A stretch of DNA of 64,000 nt from Lytechinus pictus (Eukaryota): the NCBI RefSeq assembly GCF_037042905.1, contig NC_087251.1, positions 25,546,001 to 25,610,000 of the forward strand. The letters run 5' to 3'. Numbering within the stretch: position 1 is the first letter of the stretch; every line of letters starts with the position of its first letter. Both the position numbers and the translations under genes were made by a program. Positions 50,796 through 64,000 of this stretch are shown one piece after another. Below the pieces are notes generated by a model. The model saw only the letters and a list, made by a program, of their open reading frames with translations, ran no database searches and had not been told where the DNA came from.

Positions 50796-51829
50796 TTCAA
50801 ATCAGTGGCCTACCTAGAAAACCTCTTCAGAAGGGGCAAACATTTTTTTACATTGAAAAAAAATCATCAAAAAGTTGTAAAAATTGGTAATATACCCATG
50901 GAGACTTGGAATTGGCCGCATTGGCAATGTAATAGTTATGTAAGGTAAGGACTACTCTTCCACTGACGTCCATTTACTCCAATACATAAAATGGCTATTA
51001 AAATAATGTCAATTGAAAAAAGTTTTCCTTCAAATAATATATTTCTTTCATGTTCATGAGAACGTAACAAAATATGCAACCTTGATTATATTTTGATTTC
51101 TGCTCCTTATGCCCATATGCTTGTTATGCCTACCACTTGTCATAATCTATCATGCTTAGATTTGTTCAGTTATGAACTGATTATAACTTATATTAACTTG
51201 CCGCCTTGAATTCTTGTTTCTGCCCATTTGCTAAAGTATGTCATTTTAGGTTGCCTCTATAAAGAATACGTGGTGCAGCCCCTGTATATTGGAATAGAAA
51301 AATACTATGATAAAGAAAATCTATAGTACATATTTTCAGTACATTAGGTCTAAGATTAACTAGAAGAAAATTATGCTAACATGATATACAAATAGGCTTT
51401 TATATCGATTCTATTTTCTTTTTTTAATCAAATACATCAAGATATAAGATGAGATATATCGCATTGTAATACAAAATTTGTAATTCAAAAGTTATTATAA
51501 TAAAGAAACTGTATCGGAAAGGAAACAAAAGTATTCATCTGTAATAAACTATAGTATTCATGTTCAAGGCCTTTTCCATATTTTGAAACAAAATAAAGTT
51601 TAAATGGTTTTTTTTCTTCAAAATTTACCTCGTATATTTATATACTATTTGCACATGAATTTGTAATTGTCTTCTTAATCAGATTTGGAAATAAATTTGA
51701 ATTGAATTGAATTAAAATATCAAGTGTGTAAAAAAATGCCTTGCCGTGTACAATTAGTAAGACTACGTGTTCGAGAGAGCAGAATGATGCATTTCGGGAA
51801 ATCCAAAGATGGCGAAATCGACGAGTTCC

Positions 51830-51988
51830 GGGGAGCGTTTCATGAAAGGACTTGTCGGACGTTTTATCCGACAAGTCCCATTTTATCCGACAGTTACCAT
51901 AGTAACAGTACCTCTCAGCCAATCAACATCAGAGAAAGATGTCAGATCTGACAACTTGTCGGATGAAAATGTTGATGAAACACTCCAC
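51830..51988. mobile_element. ~160-bp MITE, copy 1 (Harbinger-like, CWG-type flanks)
   Basis: TIR ggggagcgtttcatgaa / ttgatgaaacactcc; interior identical to 52285-52443. Confidence 0.85.
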
Positions 51989-52284
51989 AGGGCGCAAGAT
52001 TAAGATGTGAAATACATAAAACGAAAAATTTTAAGTAAAAGTGGAATATCATTGCCAGACGATTTATTCCATTCCAGTTTAAAGCCTGAATTGCTATTTG
52101 ACATTCACAAAACTTTTGATCTTAATAGTTCTTTACTCAGTTTGGCAAATCATTGTCATTTTTCAATATCATCACTATCTTCAAGATTATAACGCGCACA
52201 TGAATTTCTGGGGAGGAAGGCCTGGGGTCATGGTTATTGAATTAACCTTTTCCATATCCAGGCAGCCTCTCCAACTCTCATCCA

Positions 52285-52443
52285 GGGGGGCGTTTCATGA
52301 AAGGACTTGTCAGACGTTTTATCCGACAAGTCCCATTTTATCCGACAGTTACCATAGTAACAGTACCTCTCAGCCAATCAACATCAGAGAAAGATGTCAG
52401 ATCTGACAACTTGTCGGATGAAAATGTTGATGAAACACTCCCC
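52285..52443. mobile_element. ~160-bp MITE, copy 2
   Basis: Same sequence as copy 1 with different flanks; ccagg at both ends. Confidence 0.85.
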
Positions 52444-54988
52444 AGGTCTTATTTTCTTCATCATGCAAAATTGTAATTGAACTTCTTTTTGATTTGTTTG
52501 TAACTCTGTATTCTCTATGTTTCGAAATGTCAATAAAAATGGTAATGATAATAATAATGAAATTCTTGAATGATTTTAAGAATACCTTTGCTATATCCCA
52601 CCGTTTCCTGATTTTCGTTATGGATTATGACACTTTTACTTTTATTGGATTTCAGTAACTGTTCAAAGATCTGTAAATTTCTTTCTCCTTCTTCATACCA
52701 TTCAGCTAAGAACGACGTGAATATAATATAGTCGAAATGAGCAATGAATGATTGTTGAATTGCGCCATCTATAGGGTGCTTAACAACTGCAGTCCTAAAC
52801 CATGTAAACTGCGGTATAAACTCTTGCGCATGGCTGTGTCAAAAATCCAGCTGCAAGAAAAGTTGTTACTGCAGATTTTCTGTAGCTCAATTAATGTTCG
52901 AGTCTGAAACGATGACTTTTTTCGGATGGTGCAAGGGAATCCCACCAAAATGGAAGTTATTTTGTAGAAGGATGAACATGACATCATAGAAATATACTAT
53001 TCCGATGGGTGAAAGTTTAAACAAAATCAGACAAAATAAAACAAGAACGATATAATTTTTAAAAACTTATCAAAACTCCCGGTCAAAACTCTAAACACAA
53101 TATGGGAAATCCAATTGCTTTTGAAAAGAAATTATCATCATAATGTAGAGTAATGATTGCATTCCTCCATTTCAAAATGACTATGACGTCATTACGGTCA
53201 TGTTTATTGAGAAAGATCGTGCCATGAGGAGATAATTCCTTTAAATCAAGCCTATGTAAATACGGAAGAATAGATGATAATTTTATAGTCTAATTAAGTG
53301 ACTTCATTTTTCTTACAGCCATAATTTTCTTTTCTCCAGTTTTAAATATTCTTTTCTTCCTTGTCTTCTATAAATAAAATCAATTGCATTGATTATTGAG
53401 TTGAATTGAATCGAATTGAAATGAACTGAATTGAATATTATTGTTTGTTATGAAATTTCGTTTCACATCGGAGTTTACATATTGCAAAAACAAAAACAAA
53501 AAAACCTAGACAAAATGATGCCAAACTATATTTTCCGGTGAGCGTATATACACCCAGGCATCTCATTAAAATTACATCAGTTGGATTTCCACATGAATTT
53601 TCTGTCCATATATACACCGAAAGCGGAATTCCACCCTAGTTTTAAATTGCCATGCATGCAATACAAATACAGTGTGATGACATCCGGGATGACATCACAA
53701 AAAGCAAAGTGACTTATTCAGAAAGGCAAAGTGTATAGTTTCATAATTATATTAGATAGATAGATAGATCATCGCAGCCAGTGGCCTAATTGCAATCAAT
53801 ATTATTGTACGGAAGTTATTGTACAGTAAAACGGTTTTAATAAAAATATCGTGGCATTTTCAAAATTATGCAAAATCAAAATCATACAAAATTATAATGT
53901 GGCATTTTCAAAATGCAAAACCCCAACATGTGAATTGTGTGATCTTTAAAAAGATCTTTGGAAAGATCACACATAGAGGAATGAGGTAGGTCTATATGCC
54001 TAAGCGAATGAAAAGAAAGAATGACGTACAAGTCACTGACGGTGTAAGGTAAGATGGGAAAGATCGAGAGCGAGGGGAGAAAATGAGGCAGAAACAGAAA
54101 GGAGAGAATGCAGTCAGTCCGCAGCCCGTCCGAAAGTGCTCTATTTTATTCAGCGGTATGCATAGCCGTCCGTGGTTATGCATACGTAATGAGCTGTGAA
54201 GACGAACTTTCCGATCGGTGTTTTTTGCTCTTAGAATCGTTTATTCCTCACATAATTGGTCTTATTTTATAGATAAAACTTTGAAATTTTTGATCAGCTA
54301 AATAAAATGCACATTTAATGTATTTTCAAGACCGATATTTAGCTTAGAAAAAATGAGTTTTTTTAAGAAATATATGTGAATAAACAGAGCGCATTTTTGC
54401 ATCGAAATCATACTTGCGTCAAATTGATATTATAATCAATATAAAGCGTAGACATTCTTATTTACGACTGAAAAAAAATTATGAAATTTCATGATGTAGC
54501 AAAGTCAGGAACCACAAAAAACCACGGCAATGTCCATCGCGAAATGATTGGAATTGTAGTAGAATTGCCGACGCGTTCTGATTGGTCAACAGCGGCGCAC
54601 AGACTTACAACATTATATATATCTTAAAAAACCCGGAAGTAATACGGAAGAGATCGATGGCGAATTGCGTGAGCGCTATGTTTTGACGTGAGCAAGGACC
54701 CTGGTTCGAACCCACCAAATTGAGTTTTTTTTTTTTTTTTTTTTTTGGGGGGGGGGGGGTTGATGGGGATATGTTTATGCTTTTTCTTTAAATCGTATTC
54801 CTTCATCGTTCCTACCCAGCTTTATTCTCTTTTTACTTTCATATGAAGTTCTATTTAGGCCTGTATTTATTAAATCATGGAGCTATTATTAATAGCTCTA
54901 TGATTAATTCTTACTTCTTCTTAATCACTGCTTTTGATTTTCAAGTTCTTGATTACACTTATTTGGGCAGGGGTGGGAAGGGAAGTGA

Positions 54989-55532
54989 GTTAAAGGTCAA
55001 GTGCACATCAACAAAAAAGTATTTGAATAAATAAAGAAATTTCCCTGTTTTTACACAAAACAGTTATATACACAAAACAATGGTATGCAAATAGAGTTGA
55101 TTATGTCACTCACATCAAATTACTTTTTAAATTTTTGTTGCATTTTTATTATATAAATTTTAGCAAATTTGATGTAAAAAATCTTTCTCGAATCACAATA
55201 GGTTACATTTATGGAAACTACGAATGTTAATGGAGGAATTAAAATCCCTCTCAAAATTTGTTAATGAAAATTAAAATAAAATATACATGTCATGTACATG
55301 TATCAAACAAAAAAATACACAAGAAATTAGAGTGCGTGTGACATAATCGGTTCTGTAATTTGCACATTGACCAAGATGAGCATATAATTGTTTTATAAAA
55401 TTAGGCAAATTTCTCAGTGTCAAAATAGTAATTTTTTGAATTTTGAATCATAGTTTTTATAAAATTCTCTGCAATACTTTATTTTTCTTTAAATTCAAAT
55501 TATTTTTTTGGTGGGGTGGACTTCTCCTTTAC
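54989..55532. mobile_element. Degenerate Kolobok-like MITE
   Basis: ttaaaggtcaagtgcac...atttgaat / attcaaat...gtggacttctccttta. Confidence 0.6.
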
Positions 55533-57361
55533 TCTTTGCTTGGAATAGGGAATGCACATTAATATTTATCCACGAACAAAATTGTCTAAACATATGCAAA
55601 TCAGTAATTGGACACATGCTCACTTTCCTTTCATCCAGGCCACCCCCTCACATCCACCAGGTTTACAGTCTTATAACAAAAATTATGAATTAATTATAAT
55701 ACCATCACACCATAGCTCCATGATCACACAACATTCATACAGTGCTTCACAACAAATATTTCACTATTGTTCATATAATTACTGTGGAAAACAAAAACAA
55801 GGCGTAACCACATTCAAATACCATATAAAAGGACAAATATATTATACCTTTCGAAAAAAAAAAATTGTGAACATACATGGCACTTAACCTTCAGCACATT
55901 AGATAACATATAACAGAGTTGCTTGAGAACAAAATATAATTATGGGGCATTGCAAGAAACTTATGTTCAATTGCAAATCAACTACATGTTTGTGTTTAAT
56001 CAAAGGACTTACCCTTAATTTTGGAATGTGTGATTGAGTAGAAAGTTTCTTGCAATGCATCAAAAATGTTCTTTGGTTTTGAATTGTGAATTTTTATTTT
56101 TGTCAAGCTGTATTCCTGTCCAAGTCAGTATTCTTAGTCCTCCCCAAAACTGTGCTCTAATTTTTTTGTTTCCAATATCGATAAAGATCAATTTTCTGTT
56201 GTATCATTATCAGTCCAAAATTTGCAAACGAAAAAAGGGCTTTGTCCAAATCATGGTCTGACCATTATAGTACATGATGGAATCTCCCAGAATGAAGTAG
56301 CAAGCAGAGACCAGAGTCAGAAAGTATGCAGATCTGTGTGTAGAAGAGACAAAAAAGAGAGAAATAGTCTAAATTATTCAAAGTATGAATTATGTTACAT
56401 GTAAGTCAATTAAGAGACTAACTAAGTACTGTCTGTGACAGACACAATTTTTTTATTTGAACAAAATGGTTTATAAATACTCCTGAGTACGGTAGTACCA
56501 GACTTTTTACTTTGACTTTAAACTGTTTATAGTCTCTAGAGTAGACTGTCTGAGCTAATCATCATTTAATTCTTAACCGCAGCCTGGGGCAAAAATCATC
56601 ATGGGGCTCATCTTCGACTAATTAAGAAAAAAGGTTAACAATTTTCAACATAAATCAAGAAATATCTCAATCTATAAAAACTTGATGGAATTCGGAAACC
56701 TGATAATCATTTGAATAAAACTTTAGAAGGGATCTACTTATTAAGCTTCGTTTATATTAAGTCTTAATAAAAAAAAAAACAAGTCCACCGTCCACAGTCA
56801 GAAATATAATGCGAGCCATCTGCCATCATTACAGAAGTTTCAACGTATGGGACCAAAGGCGAAATTCTACCAACCCGCGACGAACGTAATTTTGGCATTA
56901 TTTCGCGCCATCGTGGAGTGAACGAGAAGGTTACTTCCGGGTAAAACGTAAATTTCTTGATTTTTAGGGTATCATTTTCTCTAAAATAAAAATACAAGGT
57001 GAGTTTGCGTCAAGTTGGTTCTGACATATTTTGAACAGTGACTTTTCTTCTTTCTAAAAAACCCCGATCGAAACAATTGGGTTATGTAGCAAAGTCAGGA
57101 ACCAAAAGTGAAATTCCGACTACAAAATCGCGGTTAAAATATTACTAAAATAAGCATCAATTAAAGAGGTAAAAATGGTAGGTTGAAAATGTCGAAATAT
57201 GGACAATTATATACCAAAATGTAGATGAAGGTCTTGAAAATAACTTACCACAATTCGTTTCGACGTAAACTGAAGTTAGCGACCAGTACAGAGCTATAAC
57301 TTCAGCCCCTCCAATTCAGTGGGAAAATCAAGCCAAATTGATCGCACGTTTTCCTTCGGAG

Positions 57362-57377
57362 ACCGCTAGAGGGCCGC
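57362..57377 (+). promoter_or_regulatory. Candidate CTCF-binding motif
   Basis: accgctagagggccgc resembles the CCGCNAGAGGGC core and lies in a CpG-rich patch; motif match only. Confidence 0.35.
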
Positions 57378-58898
57378 TGAATAAATCTCCGTGAATATGC
57401 TCATTATCGCGCGAGCTGCGGTCTGACTGAATGGGGAAAGAAAAAGAGATCACATTCATCAAAACTTGACGAGTCTCATAGCAGGAAGATTCCATACTAG
57501 AAATATCAGCCATTTTCACTTTTCAACCTGCTGTCCAAACAAAAGAGGAGTTTCAATTTGTTTTGTGGTAATAATAAAGTAGGCCTATACTGCTGGGTCG
57601 TCATGTAAACAAAAAATGATAACCAACAAAAGTTGTTCATGGGTGATAAAAGGTGAAAATGTTGCGTTTCGTATACCGGACATTTCTGAATCAGTAACGA
57701 CACACAACATTTTCACCTTTAATTCACTCATAATCAAACATCTTTTGTTGGTTATCGGTTTTTCACATGACCACCCTCTATGTGTACAGATTCGAGAAAC
57801 AGCACCGTTTAGGCCTACCGCCCCAACAGGTTAGCCGGATCGTCCCTTTCGACACCGTCCAGGCATCGTCCTCTCTTTCTCTCGAAAACAAAAAGAATAA
57901 TAGGAATCTTTCCCCGTGGAAATGCCGTTTCCGCGCGTGTTTGCATATAGGCATACATACAATGTCATTTTTTGGCAAATTAAATATGGTAAACTTTGAA
58001 TTGGGGAAATTTGATAATTCAAAATTTACGGGGATGAAGTGGTGCAAATTTTATATCGCACTATTGCAGACCTTCCCTTTTATCAAGGCCTGATCAGAGT
58101 TTCTGCTTTTATACAGAGGCCACACCCCCCCGCCCCCCCCCCCCCCCCACCACTTCAGTGCCTACAATATATATTTTGGGGTTTATTGTACTTTTGACAT
58201 TTGAAAAGCTGGCGATCAAGCTAAAACGTTTATTTAAAATTAAAAAGTGAAAATTTTGAACGGTGTGAATGGTCGATCGAGCTCTCGAGATGACTCAAGC
58301 ATATATATGCATGCGGTTAGCAGATACCGGTACGCAGTCGAGTCAGATCGGCGCAGCATGCACTAGATTCTGCACTGGACTGCACTACTAGTTACGTTAC
58401 TGGAGAGGCCGGGGTGCTGTAGTTTCTTGTTGGCACTGTACGAAATTGACTTCCTAGCGATCAGGCTTGGAATGTAAGTATTTTTGAATGATTGTTTTTA
58501 GAATTAAGCTTATCTTATGATTGTGTATGAGTATTTTCAACTGATTTAGCCCTGTAATTTATATCTAACGTACTTAGAACGTACGGTGCGTCTTAATTTG
58601 ATTGACTATCCGGGACTAAAGTCTGCCATTGATTAAATAAGAGATATGAACGCTTGTTCATTGTCCGATGTATTGTATTCTGTGTAAGTTACGTCTAGAC
58701 AGCTGGCAGCCGTCTGTTTCGAGGAGTTTTTAAAAAACAATTTTATATTCTTTAAACAAAATTCACAGACTGCTTGCGATTGTGCAGCCGCCACTAGTAG
58801 GGGGTAAATGGGGCACATTGATTTTTGTCTTTATTTCATTAAAATATAAAAAGAACTGGGCAAAAATACAGACTACCGTATTCTGTTTTGGCATAGGC

Positions 58899-59356
58899 CT
58901 ACCTCAGGCTCAGGCGATGTTCGTGCAGGCCACTTCACTACCGCTACACTACGCTCCACCTACCCGAACATCAGGACCGTGAACCATTTCGGATATACCG
59001 AGTCACAAAGGTGGGATGGATGGCAATCATGATAATCGTAAAAATTAAACAAAACAAATATAACGAAAAAGATGATTGACTTAATATCTTACTCTACACC
59101 CGTATTTCACTCCGTGTCCATCCTCCGGTTATCCTCAAAATTGGTGATTTTGGGCCAGTATCTTTTTCCTCACATGTATTATTCACGGCCGATTTCAAAA
59201 CATCGCATGCGATCGCGATCGATCAGCGACCGATCGCATGCAATGTTTTGACTCAGTATATCCGAAATGGTTCACGGTCCCGATGTTCGGGTAGGTGGAG
59301 CGTAGTGTAGCGGTAGTGAAGTGGAGTGGAGACTGCACGAACATCGCCTGAGGTAG
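58899..59356. mobile_element. MITE with ~110 bp TIRs and probable 9-bp TSD TTTTGGCAT (Mutator-like)
   Basis: 58899-59010 is an inverted copy of 59248-59356; TTTTGGCAT at 58886-58894 and 59357-59365. Confidence 0.8.
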
Positions 59357-61747
59357 TTTTGGCATGAAATGGACCAAAAGGGGAAAAATTGACTTAAAAG
59401 GGGAAAAAACAGACTTACTTTGGCTGTCGCGCAACTCCACTCACTGGTTTATCCAAACTTATTATGCATAAACATATTGCCATTAAGTCCCTGTACAGAT
59501 CGAGTTAGAAACTTCGGTCTCTGTAATTGGTGAGTGGAGCCAACCACTCTACTAGGACCATGCCTATTAATTCCTGTGTTAAAAAAGTGAGTGCACGCGA
59601 ATTAAAAGTTGGACTTAAATTACTAGATCTTACCATGGAGCTCCATGACGAAATCTATTTTTAAATTAGACCCTAGATATAACTTATTGAATATAATGTA
59701 TAAATAGTACTCGCCTGGTCTTTTCTTGGGGTATTGAAGCCTTTTTGTCCAGAACTTGCTCAACTTTTGCGACAAACCTTGTCGCCATAGGGTTGTGCAC
59801 ATCCTCGTTTAATACTGGTTGTCACGTGACACGGCAATGTCGTTAGGCTGTTTGGCCTGTATTCAAAGCGTTCTATCCATTACGATTTTATATTGAAGCA
59901 AATTACATCAGGTATAGGCCCCTATCAAGTCAAAATCGATACAGGGATCGAGAGGGGGGGGGGGGGGGGGTTGAGCCAAAAATTTCCCAGTCACATGGTA
60001 TGAAAATGATATTTTTTATGATTGTCCACGATCATTAGGGCAAACCAGTGTGTGGCAGTAGCGTGATGAGTAAAAAAAAAAATAAAGTAAAAGAAAGAAA
60101 GAGGGCCAATGTAGGCCTACATGGCCCGTGGGAATAAAGTTGCTTTATATGTTCCAAGCGAGTGAAGCAAGCGAGAAAAAACTTTTTCGTGCAAATCTAA
60201 ATTTGAGATAGATATCTTACCTTGCACTTTTCCTTTTCTTTTCATTAATTCCCTTCATTTCTTTTTTATCTTGGTTGTAGAACATTCGGGGGCCCCTGGG
60301 CCTAACCCTTCCATCGTGTACCCCCAGTGCAATATCAGCAGGTGCAAGCCTTGAAATAAGCAGCTGCAGACCAGGGGCAATTTTTCCAAAAAAATTGCCC
60401 CCGGCTCACAGGCTTTTTACAGGAACCGGGGGCAATTAAAAAAAATATATATAATGGTGAACCACACCGCAAATTTGTTTATAGTAAGCGCAGCTCCTGT
60501 AATTTTTTAATTAAGTATTAGGCTTATTCAAACATTTAAGGAATCAGATTTTAATGTTTAAGTCTGTTTTGACACCCTCACTCCACATCCCCTTTACAAC
60601 CACACACACATGGGCTTATTTATTTTTCATCTTTAATGAACCACAAACAATGAACCCCCCTAAAAAAAATCTAAATAAATGAATAAAATAGAAATATAAA
60701 AAAGAGAGAGAGATGGAGAAAGAGAGAATTCAGATCAAATAATAACAAATTTAGAAAAAAAAAAAAAATTTAAGGTTTTTTTCATGGTTAGAATCACGGG
60801 TGTGGGTGAGTGTTTGTGTGTGATTGTGACTGTGAGGTGCACTTGGATTGCATATAAATTATGTTAAAGAAATTAAATCAATATTTAACTCAGTCTATTC
60901 AAATTCCAGCACATAGCCACAGGCTATGTACATGTATTGTAGGTTCATGTACCTTAAGTTTTTCACAAGTTATTTGAAAACGCAGATCTCCACAGAAAAT
61001 GCCTTTCATTCTGGGAGAGTCTAAATTCGGTGAAAATGTATTCATTAATAACTTAAATATTCATCACAATGAAGAAATCATAAAGTTTTTTGACAGTTTT
61101 AAAAAATTAACATGAAATCTAAACTCTGAAACGGAAAATCACCATCACTTAGGCCATTACTGATAGAATTCTCACCCAGAGCTCTGGCAGAGAACATGAG
61201 CTCAAACTGGCTAGCTAACACCACACTCAAGTGCACGGCGTCCTATTTTTTTTTTTTTAGATGGAGCCTTGTTTGATGATTCATTGTCTGATATTCACCC
61301 CTCTCCAAGAAAGAAATTAAAAAGCTACAATTCACAACTATAAGCTAAGTGATTTTGGATTATTAAGCAGGGTGCTACATAACTTTTTTGATGCACTTGC
61401 CCAGTCGGGCAAGTAAATTTTCAAATAGTTGGAAAATACTTGCCCGAATATAGATTTCACTTGCCAGAAAAAATCCTTCAAAACAAAGTTTTATTGGTTC
61501 AAAACAGTTATAGCCTTATAGTTTTACATATCATACCATTGACGGCTTTAAAACTACATTTTTCAACATGACTACTGATGTACCTTGTAGTTGTATTATT
61601 ATTATTATTTTTTTTTTATCTTGAACATCATGACAAAATATATGGTAAATATACTCTTTAATTAATTTCCTAATCTCATATATTTTCCATATATTTTGGA
61701 GGGGACTAGGACACACAATAAAAAAAGGGGAAATCACTGATAATAAC

Positions 61748-62233
61748 CAGAGAAAAAAAAAGAAAGGGGGAGATAATTAAAGAAAAAAAGTAAGAAGAAA
61801 GACAGAAAGGACGAAGAAATAAAGAAAGAAAGAGAGAGAATGGCTGCAGGGAAGAGAAAGATGGAAAGAAAGAAAGGAAGAAAGAAAGAAGGGAAAGGAG
61901 GATGGAAAGAAAAAAAATGAGAGTAAGAGAAAGGAAGGAAAGAAAGGAATGAATAAAAGGAGAAAAGAAAGAAAAAATGCAAATAGAAAGGAAGGAAAAG
62001 AAAGAAAACGAGAGAAAGGAAAGGTATAAGGATAGATGGAAGGAAGGAAAAAAAAAGAAAAGATAGATACAACGAAAGACAGAAAGAAATGAAGGAAGGA
62101 ATGAAGGAAAGGGATGAAGGAAGGCAGAAAGAAAAAATAAGGAAGAAAAGAAAGGATGGATGGAAAAAAGAAAGATCAAAAGAACAAAAGACAAAAAAAA
62201 AGAAAATCAGAAGGAAAGAAAGAAAGAAAGGAA

Positions 62234-62291
<58 letters not shown>

Positions 62292-63032
62292 AGGAAGGAA
62301 AGAAAAAAAGTAGAAAAAAAACTGAGGGGAAGAGAAAGGAAGGAAAGAAAGAAACGAATGAAAAAAGAAAAAGAAAGAAAAAAGGTAAAAAGAAAGAAAG
62401 GAAGAAAAGGTAAAGGTTTGATGGAAGGAAGGAAAAGAGAAAGAAAGAAAACGAGAAAGGAAAGAAAGAAGATAGGATGAAAGAAAAGGTATAAGGATAG
62501 ATGGAAGGAAGGAAAAAAAAAAAGATAGATACAACGAAAGACAGAAAGAAATGAAGGAAGGAATGAAGGAAAGAGATGAAGGAAGGCAGAAAGAAAAAAT
62601 AAGGAAGAAAAGAAGGGATCGATGGAAAAAAGAAAGATCAAAAGAACGAAAGACAGAAATAAAGAAAAACAGAAAGAAAGAAAGAAAGGAGAAAGAAAGA
62701 ATGAAAGACAATTAAAAAGAAAGGAAGGAATGAAGGAAAGAAATAAAGAAAGAAAAGAAAGAATGAAAGGGATGAAGAAAGTAAGGAAGAAAAGGTAAAG
62801 AAAGGATGGACGGAAGAAAGAATGAAAGGAAGGGGAAAACGAAGGAAGGGTTAAAGAAATAGGTAAACAAAGGTTGGATGGAAGGAAGAAAGAAAAAAAG
62901 ATAGAAAGAAAAGAATGAAAAAAGAAAGACAGCTATAGTAACAGAAAAAATGAACAAAAGGAAATTTAAAGAAATAAAGAGATTCAAAGAAGGAAAGATA
63001 GGCAGAAAGAAAGAAAATAGAGAGGAAGAAAG
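61748..63032. repeat. ~1.3 kb polypurine (GAAA/GGAA) low-complexity tract with an internal ~190 bp duplication
   Basis: Almost only A/G on the + strand; aggtataaggatagatgg...gatcaaaagaac occurs at ~62022 and ~62487. Confidence 0.95.
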
Positions 63033-64000
63033 CTCAAACTATCCAGTCATAAATAAAAAAGATAATTTATCAATTACCTTGGCTAAAAAAATAGTTACGA
63101 AAGAAACCACGTTTATCAACATACACACAAATGCATATGTGGGACTGTCAAACAATGTATTTCAGTGTGTGCGATACAGACGATCATTCGAAACCCGATC
63201 TTTTTGAAGCATAACAGAAGTGAAAATTTCTCCTTTTACTGCTTTTTAAGGAAATATGGACACTACAAGAATTTTCATTGGTAAGAATTATGAATTTTGG
63301 CAGTTCTGTGGGAGATTTCTTCCAGAGCAAACTTCGTTCGTGCAGCACCGTACTCCGTAGAAACTCAACTACATGCATCGGCTGCGTGGACTATGCGCTA
63401 GCTAGCTAGGTATGCTAGACTGCCATTGATTCTGTGTGTGTGTGTGTACGTTTCTGAGCTGTGTGTTTATTGCAGAAAATGGCGCAAATTCTGCAATTCG
63501 AAAGAAGAAATTAATGATATTGCTTTTTTTGTCTCTTTTTCTTTTCTATATTTTGATGGTGAAATATGGGGAATCTTCCTAAAATATAATTTCCATAGGA
63601 GAATTTTACTTGCCCGATTCGGGCAAGTAGTTTTTGTCTTTGCTTTAAAACACTTTCCCGACTCTAACTTTTACTTGCCCCGGGCAATCGGGCAAGTGCT
63701 TTTATTATTATTATTATTATTATTTATTCGGCAATTCACACAAAATATAACAATGTAAATATGAGTACACAAACAATTATAAATGCAAAATCTTACTGGC
63801 GGTCCTCTGAATGCATCAGTTGGCTGCCGGGGAAGAGGAAAGCAAACTTAATCACTGTAACCGTAATGGTCCCTCTTCCCGACCAACTGGTGCACATAGA
63901 AGACCTGTAAGATATAGCATGAAGGTAAATAAAATGTAAAATGTAAAACATTTCATAAACTAAACAACTAACAAAAACAAAGTACAAGGAGAACATGAAA

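Noticed and set aside
54645..54720. tRNA-like sequence with B box (similar at ~5090-5110)
   Set aside because: No acceptor stem or cloverleaf; most likely decayed SINE heads.
61706..62987. Long ORFs (up to 325 aa) rich in F/S/L or K/E/R
   Set aside because: Stop-free by-products of the polypurine/polypyrimidine tract.

Overview
AT-rich, repeat-dense animal genomic DNA; the repeat families suggest an invertebrate deuterostome such as a sea urchin (inference). Two spliced protein-coding genes can be rebuilt by hand. (1) A complete 9-exon alpha-(1,6)-fucosyltransferase FUT8-like gene on the + strand, join(14489-14646, 16788-16906, 21016-21214, 21735-21849, 24497-24734, 40118-40361, 43943-44119, 49929-50079, 50460-50795), 578 aa, all introns GT-AG. 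Its donor-binding and catalytic residues are intact. Several acceptor-site residues and one disulfide pair differ from human FUT8. (2) A 3-exon type-1 cystatin (stefin) gene nested antisense inside FUT8 intron 5, complement(join(28490-28666, 29404-29505, 35129-35254)), 134 aa, with a QIVAG motif and unusual N- and C-terminal extensions. The ORF track shows it only as fragments. The rest is non-autonomous DNA transposons, often nested and with readable target-site duplications (hAT-, Academ/AcademH-, Kolobok-, Harbinger-, Ginger-, piggyBac-like), truncated LINEs, tRNA-derived SINE heads, tandem duplications and microsatellites. Comparisons with human proteins are from memory, and transposon superfamily calls rest on termini and TSDs only.
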